A stretch of 64,000 bases of DNA, from positions 28,724-92,723 of the forward strand of contig JANMKK010000023.1 of the NCBI GenBank assembly GCA_031372005.1, written 5' to 3'. The notes under the pieces were generated by a model. The model saw nothing but the letters and a program-made list of their open reading frames with translations, did no database searches and was not told the DNA's origin. Below, piece by piece: positions 27,401-34,517 of this stretch (positions are counted from its first letter, which is position 1; the number at the start of each line of letters is the position of its first letter). The translations under genes were made by a program, and so were the position numbers. The DNA comes from Rubrivivax sp. (GTDB lineage Bacteria; Pseudomonadota; Gammaproteobacteria; Burkholderiales; Burkholderiaceae_C).

Positions 27401-30400
27401 CGGCCTCGACAAGTGCCGCCTGCGCCTTCGGGTTGGGCGCGGTCAGCGAATTTGCGCGGCCGCCGTGGTTTTCGGCACTGCCTTTGATCACGGCGTAGAC
27501 CGGGTCGCCGTCGCGCTGGGCATCGGCCAGGCGCTTGAGGTACAGCACACCCACGCCTTCTCCGCGCACGTAGCCGTTGGCGTGCCTGGAGAAGGCCTTG
27601 CACCGGCCGTCTTCGCACAGCATGCCGGCGCGCCGGAAGCCGATGTGGCCTTCGGGCGTGATCACGGTGTTGACGCCGCCCACCAGGGCGCTGTCGCAGC
27701 TGCCCGCCTGCATCGCGACGATGGCGTGGTGGATGGCCACCAGCGAAGACGAGCAGGCTGTCTCGACCGGCTCACTCGGTCCGTGCAGGCCCAGGAAGTA
27801 GCTGATGCGGTTCGGTGCCACCGAAGGCACGGTGCCCGTGATGGACGATCCCTCAACGGCGTGGCCGGACTGCGCCATCAGGCCGGTGTAGCCGCTGCTG
27901 GCGGTGGCGAGGAAGACGCCGGTGCTGCTGCCCGACAGGCTGCGCGGGTCGGTCCCGGCGTCCTCGATCGCTTGCCACACGTGCTGCAACAGCAGGCGGT
28001 GCTGCGGGTCCATCAGCTCGGCCTCGCGCGGGGAGATGCCGAAGAACAGCGGATCGAACTCGTCGATGCCGTCGATAAAGCCGCCCCACTTGACGTCGGT
28101 CTTGTTGGGCTCCTTCTGCGGGTGGCCCCAGACCGCACGCCAGTCCCAGCGCTCGGCCGGCACTTCGGTGATGCAGTCGCGCCCGGCTTCAAGGTTGCGC
28201 CAGAAGGCGTCGATGCCATCGGCCATCGGGAAGCGGCCGCTGATGCCGACGATCGCGATGTCCACGCTGCCCCGGCCACCGGTGGCCGGCGGGGCAGCGC
28301 CGCGTTCCCGGTGAACACACGGTGGCGGCGCGGTCACGGTCGCAGCCGGTGCTTCGGCCGCGGGCGCGGCGGTTGGCAGGCCGGTGGCCGACTCGATCGC
28401 TTCACGGTAATGCGCAACCAGGTAGCCGGCGAAGCCGCTCAGGGTCGGGTAGTCGAAAAAGATCGTCGGGTTCAGCGGCCGGTCGGCCGGCAGTGCGTAG
28501 CGATCGTTCAGGCGGTTGCCGAATTGCGTGAGGTTGATCGAATCGAAGCCGTACTGGCTGAGTTCGTCGTGTGGATCAATCTCGTCCGCGCTGACCTGCA
28601 GCACCGCACCCACCTCCTGCCGCAGCTCGGCCAGGACGCGCTTGCGCAGGGCGTCGCTGCGGGGCAGGGCGGCCACCGGCGCGCCGGCGACCGGCTGCTG
28701 CCGCGGCCGCGGTGCAGGCCTTTCACCGCTGCGCAGCGACAGCCGGCCCAGGCGCACGCAGACACGGCCATCGCCGTCGAGCAGGTCGATGTCCAGCTTG
28801 TGCACGGCGCCGCTGCTTTCTTCGTCGGCTTCGGGCCGCTGCTGCGGTTGCGGTGCGTGGCGGATCAGCGCCCACATGCGGGGGTTGCATCGGTGCAGCA
28901 GCTGCAGCGACTCCAGCGCGAAGGGCAGTGGCGGCTGCCGTCCAGGCTGCTGCGGCGGCTGCCCGCCCGTGCCCGCCAGCAGCGCCAGCGCGGCATGCAC
29001 GGCGGCGTCCAACAGTGCAGGCGGCAGCAGGCAGTCGGGCTCCAGCGCCGACGGCGCGCGCAGCTCGGCCAGCACGGCAGGCGCACCCGTTTCATCCTGC
29101 CCCGCCAACAACGCGACCACGGCGCGGTAGCTGGGCCCGTACCCGATGCCGATTGCCTCGTAGGTGGCGTACAGCTGCGGCACGGTCATGGGCGCCGGCT
29201 GGAAGGCGGCCCGCCATGCCGCCAAGTCCAGCACCGGCGGGGCCGATCCGGGCTGCGTTGCGGGCGATGTCGCCGCCGGCCGCGCGGTCGCTGACCCCTG
29301 GCAGTGGAGTCGACGCCCGCCGTCGGCGTCGAAGGTGGTGACCTCGAAACCCAGCATCGGCTCGTCCGCCGCAACGGGTGCCTTGATGGCCCGCAGCTCG
29401 ACGAACACCTCGAGCGGCTGCGGCCCGTCGGCTGCGGTGGCGATCGGCTGCAGCCACACGACGTTGCGGATCTGCACGTCCAGCGGTTCAGCGGCCGCCG
29501 CGCCGGCCGGTGGCAAGGCATCGCTCACCGCCGCACGCACCATCTCCAGCGTGGCCACGCCAGGCAGCATCCTGCGGCCGAGCACGCGGTGGTCGGCGAG
29601 CACGGGCTCGTCGCCGGTGAATCGGGTGCGGTAGCGCTGCTGCCCCAGGTGCGAGATGTTCTCGTGCAACAGCGGGTGCAGACGCGGGTGCGGTCGCGGG
29701 TGCGGACGCGGGTGCGGGTGCGGGTGCGGCCGCACCGCCTCCGGCGCCTGCCGCGCGGTGGCCAGGGTATCGGGCAGCCAGTGGCGCCGGCCCTCGAACC
29801 GGGTGCCGGGCAGGTCGGGCAAAAGCTGCCCGCCGGTGCGCCGCGCGAGCTGCGCCCAGTCGATGGTGCGGCCGGCGCACCACTGCACCGCCAGCGCCGT
29901 CCAGGGCACCGGCTGGCCGGCCGGTGGCAGCGCCGCGGCGCTCGTGTCGCGCGGGCCATCGCCGCCGAGCGTGCTGACGTGCACGTTCGGTGGCAGCGCT
30001 GCACCCGCCAGGACGGCGTCGATCAGCGGCGGCAGCGCGTCGAGCCGGTCGACGACGAAGACCACTCGGTGCTTCAGCACATCGCGGCGCTGGCTCGTGG
30101 CGGCCAGGTCCGCCAGCGCGACCGCAGGCCCTGACTTTTCCAGCCACCGCTGCCAGTCGCGCAGCCGTGCAGCCAAGCCGGCCTGCGAGCCCGCCGACGC
30201 GACGATGGCCTGCGGCCCGGCCGGCGGCGGCGCGGCGGCGCCGATCGGGGCGTACGCCTGGACCACGACGTGTGCGTTGTAGCCGCCGGCGGCAAAGGCG
30301 TTGATGCCCGCGATCAGGGTGGCGGGCTCGCCCGCCCGCGCGGTCTGGGGCGCGGTCCACGGCGCAGTCGTGGTGGCCAGCGCGAAGTGCCGCGGCTCGA

Positions 30401-32519
30401 ACGGCAGTTCCGGATCGGGTTCACCCAGCCCATGCACCGCCAGCACCTGACGGTGGCGCATCTGCAGCAGCACCTTGATCAGCGACACCAGCCCGGACGC
30501 CGCCTCGGCGTGGCCGGTAGCGGCCTTGGCCGTGGCCAGCAGGCACGGCGAACCGCTCGCTTCTTCACGCCGCCCGGCAAAGGCCTGGCGGATTGCGGCA
30601 ACTTCTGCGAAGTCCCCGCCGCGCACGCCCGAGGCATGGCATTCGATCAGCGACACCTGGCCCGCATCGACACCGGCCGCGCGCCAGGCTTCGGTGATCG
30701 CCCTGGCCTGTTGCGGCACGTGGCCGGCCACCAGCGACAGGGTGCGGCCGCTGTTGTTGACCGCCGAGCCCGCCAAGAGGCCATGGATGCGGTCGCCGTC
30801 GGCGACGGCGCGCGGCAGTGCCTTCAGGATGACGGCCACGATGGCCTCGCCGCGCAGCTGGCCGCGGCTGTCCTTGCTGAAGACGCGCGCCTGCGGCTCG
30901 TCCGTCAGAAGCGCGTCGCGCCGCACCGCGAAGCCGTAGGGGTGCAGCAGCAGGTTCGTCGCGCCGACGATGGCCTGGTCGATCTCGCCGGCGCGGATCA
31001 GTGCAGCGGCCTCGTGCAGCGCCACCAGCGAACTGGTGCACTCCGCGTTGATGTAGCGGCACGGCCCCTGGATGTCGAAGTGCCGGGCCAGCTTGGCGGG
31101 GAACATCGCGTTTTCGTTGCCGGCCCAGCTGCGCGGCTCGTCCAGCCGCCCGCACTGCTGCAGCAGTTTTTGGTGGTCCTCGCACAGGGTCGCGACGAAC
31201 AGTCCCGTGCGCGGGCCGGCAAAGGCGGCAGCGGGGTGCCCGCTGTCCTCCATCGCATGCACGATCTCCTGCATCAGCAGGCGCTGCTGGGGGTCGATGT
31301 GGGCGGCCTCTTCGGGCAGGATCCGGAAGTACGGTGCATCGAAGTGATCGACGGCATCGATGAAACCCGCATGGCGGATGTCGGTGCCGCTGTGCAGCCA
31401 GGGGCGCGACTCGGGGAATGCCGAGATCAGCGTTTGCCCCGACTGCAGCGCCTCCCAGAACTCCGCCACCGAGTCGCATTGCGGAAAGCGGCCGGCGATC
31501 CCGACGATGGCCACGCCGGGCGGTGCCAGTCCACCGCCAGCCCTGACCGGCGCCGCTGCCGAGGCCTGCACCACCGGTTTGCACTGGCCCTGGAACAGCG
31601 CCTTCAGCCGCGCGCCATGGCGCGTGAAGTCGGTGTCCAGGAACTGGATGTAGTTCTCGATGCGGGTCTTCAGGGCCTGGATCTTGCCGTCACGCACCGT
31701 CATCTGCATCGACGCGATCAACCCGTCGGCACATTGCAGGTGGTGCGGCGACGGCGCGTCGGGCGTCGCCCGCAGGAACACCTGCAGCCATTCGCCACGC
31801 CGGACATACAGGTCGTCAAAACGCGTGCCGCGCTGCGTGCCCAGGCAGGTGTGCAGCGCGTACGCAAAGGTCTTCCACGACTGCACGCCACTGCCCTGCG
31901 TGCGGCCGGTGTCGTACGTCAGGTCTTCGTTCTGGATGTCGTTCATCTCGCGCAGCGAGGCGCGGTTCATGAAGCAGTCGTTCATGCGCTTGAACAGGCC
32001 GCTCATCTGCAGCGTCAGCTCGTCTGTGGTCGGGTAGATGCCGTCACCGTCGTCCACCAGCAGCGGCTCTTCGACGACGCGCGGGTACTGCATCGGTCCG
32101 GCAAACGGCCGCTTGCCCAGCAGGTACAGGTAGTCCGGCGCCTGTTGCCACAGCTCGGCGATCCGGCCGTCCTGCACCCGCAGCACCAGCTTGCAGTAGT
32201 TCGACACCGTGTCGCCGCCGACGATGTCCGGATGCCAGCGGCGCGCCGTCCAGCGGTGAAACAGCAGCACCAGGTCGCCCTGCGCCAGCACCAGCTCCGG
32301 CTGCAAGTCCAGCGCCTGCGTGGCCTGACGGGCCTGGTCCATCAGGCTGTGCAGGGCTGCCAGGCCGTGCAGTTCATCGTCGTGCAGGTGCAGCACCAAT
32401 TGCGGCGCGAAGAGCTGCGCCGCTTCGACCTGCGCAAGCCCGCCGTTCCAGGCCTGCCGGTAGCGGCGGACGATGTCTTCCGCCCAAGGCTGGCGGTAAT
32501 TCTTGCGACTCTGATTCAT
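21408..32519 (-). CDS. trans-AT PKS C (about 3700 aa): SnoaL-SnoaL-KS8(divergent)-DH-ACP-KS9-DH-KR-ACP-KS10(His-to-Tyr); no AT, no TE
   Basis: NTF2-like repeats at about 32480-32130 and 32020-31660. KS8 AECTSS/HASG/GH (about 31520-30260). DH HRVLGRRMLP, DAAVH. ACP GFDSI. KS9 ETACSSS/HGTGT/GH. DH HVALGRRVLP, DAALQ. KR GGGSGIG, LKD, YVAGC. ACP GLDSI. KS10 DTACSST/HGTAS/GYTE. Confidence 0.92.
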   Translation of the reverse strand: MNQSRKNYRQPWAEDIVRRYRQAWNGGLAQVEAAQLFAPQLVLHLHDDELHGLAALHSLMDQARQATQALDLQPELVLAQGDLVLLFHRWTARRWHPDIVGGDTVSNYCKLVLRVQDGRIAELWQQAPDYLYLLGKRPFAGPMQYPRVVEEPLLVDDGDGIYPTTDELTLQMSGLFKRMNDCFMNRASLREMNDIQNEDLTYDTGRTQGSGVQSWKTFAYALHTCLGTQRGTRFDDLYVRRGEWLQVFLRATPDAPSPHHLQCADGLIASMQMTVRDGKIQALKTRIENYIQFLDTDFTRHGARLKALFQGQCKPVVQASAAAPVRAGGGLAPPGVAIVGIAGRFPQCDSVAEFWEALQSGQTLISAFPESRPWLHSGTDIRHAGFIDAVDHFDAPYFRILPEEAAHIDPQQRLLMQEIVHAMEDSGHPAAAFAGPRTGLFVATLCEDHQKLLQQCGRLDEPRSWAGNENAMFPAKLARHFDIQGPCRYINAECTSSLVALHEAAALIRAGEIDQAIVGATNLLLHPYGFAVRRDALLTDEPQARVFSKDSRGQLRGEAIVAVILKALPRAVADGDRIHGLLAGSAVNNSGRTLSLVAGHVPQQARAITEAWRAAGVDAGQVSLIECHASGVRGGDFAEVAAIRQAFAGRREEASGSPCLLATAKAATGHAEAASGLVSLIKVLLQMRHRQVLAVHGLGEPDPELPFEPRHFALATTTAPWTAPQTARAGEPATLIAGINAFAAGGYNAHVVVQAYAPIGAAAPPPAGPQAIVASAGSQAGLAARLRDWQRWLEKSGPAVALADLAATSQRRDVLKHRVVFVVDRLDALPPLIDAVLAGAALPPNVHVSTLGGDGPRDTSAAALPPAGQPVPWTALAVQWCAGRTIDWAQLARRTGGQLLPDLPGTRFEGRRHWLPDTLATARQAPEAVRPHPHPHPRPHPRPHPRLHPLLHENISHLGQQRYRTRFTGDEPVLADHRVLGRRMLPGVATLEMVRAAVSDALPPAGAAAAEPLDVQIRNVVWLQPIATAADGPQPLEVFVELRAIKAPVAADEPMLGFEVTTFDADGGRRLHCQGSATARPAATSPATQPGSAPPVLDLAAWRAAFQPAPMTVPQLYATYEAIGIGYGPSYRAVVALLAGQDETGAPAVLAELRAPSALEPDCLLPPALLDAAVHAALALLAGTGGQPPQQPGRQPPLPFALESLQLLHRCNPRMWALIRHAPQPQQRPEADEESSGAVHKLDIDLLDGDGRVCVRLGRLSLRSGERPAPRPRQQPVAGAPVAALPRSDALRKRVLAELRQEVGAVLQVSADEIDPHDELSQYGFDSINLTQFGNRLNDRYALPADRPLNPTIFFDYPTLSGFAGYLVAHYREAIESATGLPTAAPAAEAPAATVTAPPPCVHRERGAAPPATGGRGSVDIAIVGISGRFPMADGIDAFWRNLEAGRDCITEVPAERWDWRAVWGHPQKEPNKTDVKWGGFIDGIDEFDPLFFGISPREAELMDPQHRLLLQHVWQAIEDAGTDPRSLSGSSTGVFLATASSGYTGLMAQSGHAVEGSSITGTVPSVAPNRISYFLGLHGPSEPVETACSSSLVAIHHAIVAMQAGSCDSALVGGVNTVITPEGHIGFRRAGMLCEDGRCKAFSRHANGYVRGEGVGVLYLKRLADAQRDGDPVYAVIKGSAENHGGRANSLTAPNPKAQAALVEAAHRQAGVDPRSIGYIEAHGTGTELGDPIEVNGLKSAFAGLYREVGAAEPAEPHCGLGSVKSNIGHLELAAGVAGVMKVLMQLRHRTLARSLHSDEPNPYLLLDGSPFYVVQQARSWDACRDADGRLLPRRAGVSAFGFGGSNAHVVLEEYPDATEPAGPGAVAGTWLVPLSARTRPQVLQAAQRLLQALRDGHHHGRPIGEHTLRDLSYTLQVGRDAMAERLVLVVGSLAELRAGLEAVTGGAERGVGLYLGSTRPHRESMSIFHDDEDMEQAVAAWLAKGKLHKLAELWVKGLKVDWPRLYPDTQRPQRISLPPYPFARERYWVPAATANVPRSTPTAGAAGAAVELHPLLHDNISDFTSQRYRARFGGEEFFLRDHVALGRRVLPAAAYLEMGRAALADAARQPVRRLRNVVWMLPMVAEPGSGLDVRVELALQGDGEVAFQVRVQPPGGEPRLHCQGLATVDAPAARANAVAVAVDVDVDVDADVAAARAAAPLDLAGLRSRCGGRVLAADAVYAAFESMGLSYGPGHRALAELFVGSAGQAEVLARLQLPAPLLPGLGGYLLHPSLLDAALQAGIGLLWRDGAPPTGRPLLPFHLKALELVAPCTKSMWAWVRPARAQAAADRAVQALDIDVCDDTGQVCVRIEGLLSRALPDAQTLPSAPATLAPPEADQPHTLLLAPVAEILRTRPDGLRPADGRRLLVLADDADAAAVLHRVYPAATIAAGLPADPQALLRDIEHCVWVAPRAAPESAASESIVTDQERGVVALLRTLKALLAHGHGTRPLGLTVITTGCTQRDAAIDPTHAGVIGLAGSLAKELPSWRVRSIDLPPGWTGTGDGGAPAAAALLGEAFSLPCDAGGSAWARRGADWVQHKLAALQIIGNNPQPHARDSAYRMHGVYVVIGGGSGIGEVWSEYMIRTYQAQIVWIGRRAETDALRAARDRLGSLGPRPVYLSADATRRESLQAAYEAVRQSFPRIHGIVHSAVVLKDRSLAAMDEADLRAVLAAKVDVSVRMAQVFGAEALDFVLFFSSLVAHARPPGQCGYVAGCAATDAIAQRLAQDWPCAVKVMNWGYWGSVGVGATPALRQRMARLGVGSIEPAQAMQALEILLADPASQLALVAVTRPLAELARGAYAAFLATPAQAMPQSSSPPAAAAAPTVAVAAPEADAVRAHAVASVKRILAQALKVDGDAIDLDEPFSDYGLDSITGVHLAQTLNEVFGIELDVTLFFDHGTVRRLADHLLGEHLEAITRSCARAAGVALPDSTPPKVLQVPSAERPNDRFLSAPRNVAAATATAVESVPGDAIAIVGLSASFAGAPDADTFWRNQLAGVNSVTAVPAQRWDWEQVGGDPAQSFNQNCFKWGGFLDGIDTFDAEFFGITPKEASCMSPQQRLLLTHAWKALEDAAIAPRELRKVSTGVFVATVPSEYLNSVSDPQDVPLMVTGLSTSMIASRISHSLDLHGPSELCDTACSSTLVALHRAVQAIRSGECRQAIVGAVNLLLTPTGHIGFEAMGYLSATGRMAAFQAEADGFVRAEGVGAVIVKPLRDAVADCNRIHAVIRGVGVAHGGHTVSMTTPNGSGMREAIRRAYQASGIDPRSVAYVEAHGTASPLGDAIEFAALKSEFQRLAATFQGTEGVLERQQVGSAKPCIGYTEVASGMAALVRVTMALRDRVLPGIAGFTQVHDNLAGKTGAFHFTADNAPWPAVLDAAGRPLPRRAAINSYGFSGINAHLVLEEYIPGARAQGAAALPQAAAGGADLIVLSARTAAALHESARRLLDAVTAQAELALADVAYTLQRGRDAMEHRLAVVAADRDQLFAALRRVVDGGADSPQGMRLWRGTATRGLPAVPTATVQSWLQATDLDALARHWVAGGEVPWQQLPTGAPAQRVALPGHPLAAVRHWVEGGTGMTALHGPASKSSKSLKSLKAAKSPRRPRRAAPAVHDAGTDAAHESSPESNKGRSRVDSTPAGDGAGPLPPPGGALNATQESS

Positions 32520-32609
32520 CTTCTTCTCCACTGGAGCCAGTCCGTCTTCACTCAGGCAGGACTGGGGCGCCGGCCGCGTCCGGCGCAGTTCTGCAAACCC
32601 GTCGGATGG

Positions 32610-34427
32610 CTACAGAAAGAGGTCGGCCTTCTCGCGCCGGGCGTTGCTGCCGCGCAGGTAGGGGATGCGCACGCGCTGCGCGTGCTCCTTCATCGCGGCA
32701 AGTTTCTCGAAGATGGCCGCGGCCTGGTCCTTGCGCTGTGCGGGCTGCACGTGCGTGGCGATCTGGCGCAGGAACTCGAAGTACTGCTTGTCGACCACCA
32801 CCTGCTCCTCCCACAGCTCGCGCGCGATATGTGCCGCAGGCGACTCCAGCCCCTTGCGGAACATGTAGTACGACGAGATGCGCCGGCGCGCCTGATCGAC
32901 GATGCCGGAGAGGAATTTCATCGCGTCCAGCGGGCCGATGTTGGAGCTCAGCAGGGTGTCGTACACGGTCTGCGTGCGCGCGAAACCGCGCACGTGGCGG
33001 CTGTAGTGCTCGCCGTAGACCTTTGGCTGCTCGATGATCTTGTCCGCCATCGAGGCCATGCACGCCAGCATGCTGATCTGCGAGCCGGAGGTAAACCACG
33101 TGCTGGCTGCGCTGCCGCCGACCATGGACCAGTTGCTGCCGAAGCAGCGCTCGTACATGAAGTGCTGCGACGGCACGCTGACGATCTCCTTGCGGCGCGA
33201 GAAGTCCTTCGTGTAGTCCAGGCCGCGAATCTGGTAGGCCTTGGTCAACGCGGTGATGATCTCTTCCGGGTTGCGGTCACCGATGTCCTGGGGCAGCACG
33301 CTGATCCCGACCGACACGTAGCTGCCCAGCGGAATGAACCAGGACACGCCCTCCAGCCCGTCGACGGCCTGGTGCGCGCGCAGCAGCGTGGTCGCGTGCA
33401 TCCAGGGCAGGTCTTCGCGGTGGCACAGGTCCTTGCGGTCCTTCTGGCAGTAGTGCGTGAAGATCACCTGGCGCGGCGCGTCGAAGTCCTGATACGGGAT
33501 CGCAAGCTTGCGACCGAGCAGGCGGATGTGGTTCGTGCAGTCCCAGACATAGGTCGGCGAGATCGTCTCGCCGGACTTCAGCCGCAACGCAGTGATCTTG
33601 TCGCTGGCGGCGTCGTGTTCGACGTCGGTGACCACGCTGTCGATCCAGTGGCATTCGGGACGGACGCTCACTTCGTCGAACAGGGCCTGGTCGAAGCCGA
33701 TGCGGTCGACGTGGATGAAGGTGCGCGGCACGTCGTTCTCGAACAGCGAAGCCATGGTGCCGAAGAAGTCGAAGCGCAGCCCGGCGACGATGTCGCCCAT
33801 GAAGAACGGTGTCATGTCCTTCTTGAACAGGTACTTCTCGTAGCCTTTGAAGTCTTGCGTGAACTCGATCGTGCAGGCCTCGGTCATCGACTCGCCCAGC
33901 TTCGGGGTGTCGCCGAGCTGGCTGGAGCCGACCAGCACATGGTGAATGTTCTTCTTGCACAGCGCGCGGCTGATCAGCATGCCGCCGATGCCGCCGCCGA
34001 CGATGACCGGGACGTTCTGCGGCAGTGGCTTCTTCGCAGTCTGGGCCAAGTGCCGCAGCGAGACCGCATCGGCCGCATCGGCCGTCATCCGTGCTTCGAG
34101 CGTCTGCCACATCGCGTCGTCACCGCCGGTCTGTGGCGCCTTCACGGCAGCCGTCGCGGGCTTGGACAGGGCGCGCTCGACGGCACCGTGCTTGTGCTCG
34201 AGCAGGTAGCCTACGAAGGCGTTCAGCGTCGAGTGTTCAAAGAACACACCGGGGTGGACGTCATCGCCCAACCAGGCCGACATTTTCTCGACGAAGCTGA
34301 CGAGCGTCACCGAGCCGAAGCCCAGCTCCTGGATGTTGACGTCGGCCGCGATGTCGCGCGGGGACAGGTCGAGCGTTTCCGAAACCAGCGTGAGGACCTT
34401 GTCCAGCAGTGCCTGCTTGTGTTCCAT
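32610..34427 (-). CDS. ACP fused to a flavin-dependent oxygenase/halogenase-fold enzyme
   Basis: N-terminal ACP with LGFGSVTL. Then GGGIGG, GESM, HVDRIGFDQAL, SWFIPLG..SVG and WSMVGGSAA; agga RBS before ATG 34427. Confidence 0.8.
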   Translation of the reverse strand: MEHKQALLDKVLTLVSETLDLSPRDIAADVNIQELGFGSVTLVSFVEKMSAWLGDDVHPGVFFEHSTLNAFVGYLLEHKHGAVERALSKPATAAVKAPQTGGDDAMWQTLEARMTADAADAVSLRHLAQTAKKPLPQNVPVIVGGGIGGMLISRALCKKNIHHVLVGSSQLGDTPKLGESMTEACTIEFTQDFKGYEKYLFKKDMTPFFMGDIVAGLRFDFFGTMASLFENDVPRTFIHVDRIGFDQALFDEVSVRPECHWIDSVVTDVEHDAASDKITALRLKSGETISPTYVWDCTNHIRLLGRKLAIPYQDFDAPRQVIFTHYCQKDRKDLCHREDLPWMHATTLLRAHQAVDGLEGVSWFIPLGSYVSVGISVLPQDIGDRNPEEIITALTKAYQIRGLDYTKDFSRRKEIVSVPSQHFMYERCFGSNWSMVGGSAASTWFTSGSQISMLACMASMADKIIEQPKVYGEHYSRHVRGFARTQTVYDTLLSSNIGPLDAMKFLSGIVDQARRRISSYYMFRKGLESPAAHIARELWEEQVVVDKQYFEFLRQIATHVQPAQRKDQAAAIFEKLAAMKEHAQRVRIPYLRGSNARREKADLFL

Positions 34428-34517
34428 GATGGGATTCCTGGCAGTTGGGGGGTGAGTGGGTGACTGAGTGAACAAAGCCGGTGCGGCGCCGGGGTGGTTG
34501 CGCGACTGCGCCGGGGC

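Noticed and set aside
32610-34000. Apparently lower GC in the flavoenzyme gene, suggesting separate acquisition
   Set aside because: Spot counts are lower than in linker regions, but this can be explained by Lys/Phe/Ile-rich protein composition. It needs a computed GC3/codon analysis.
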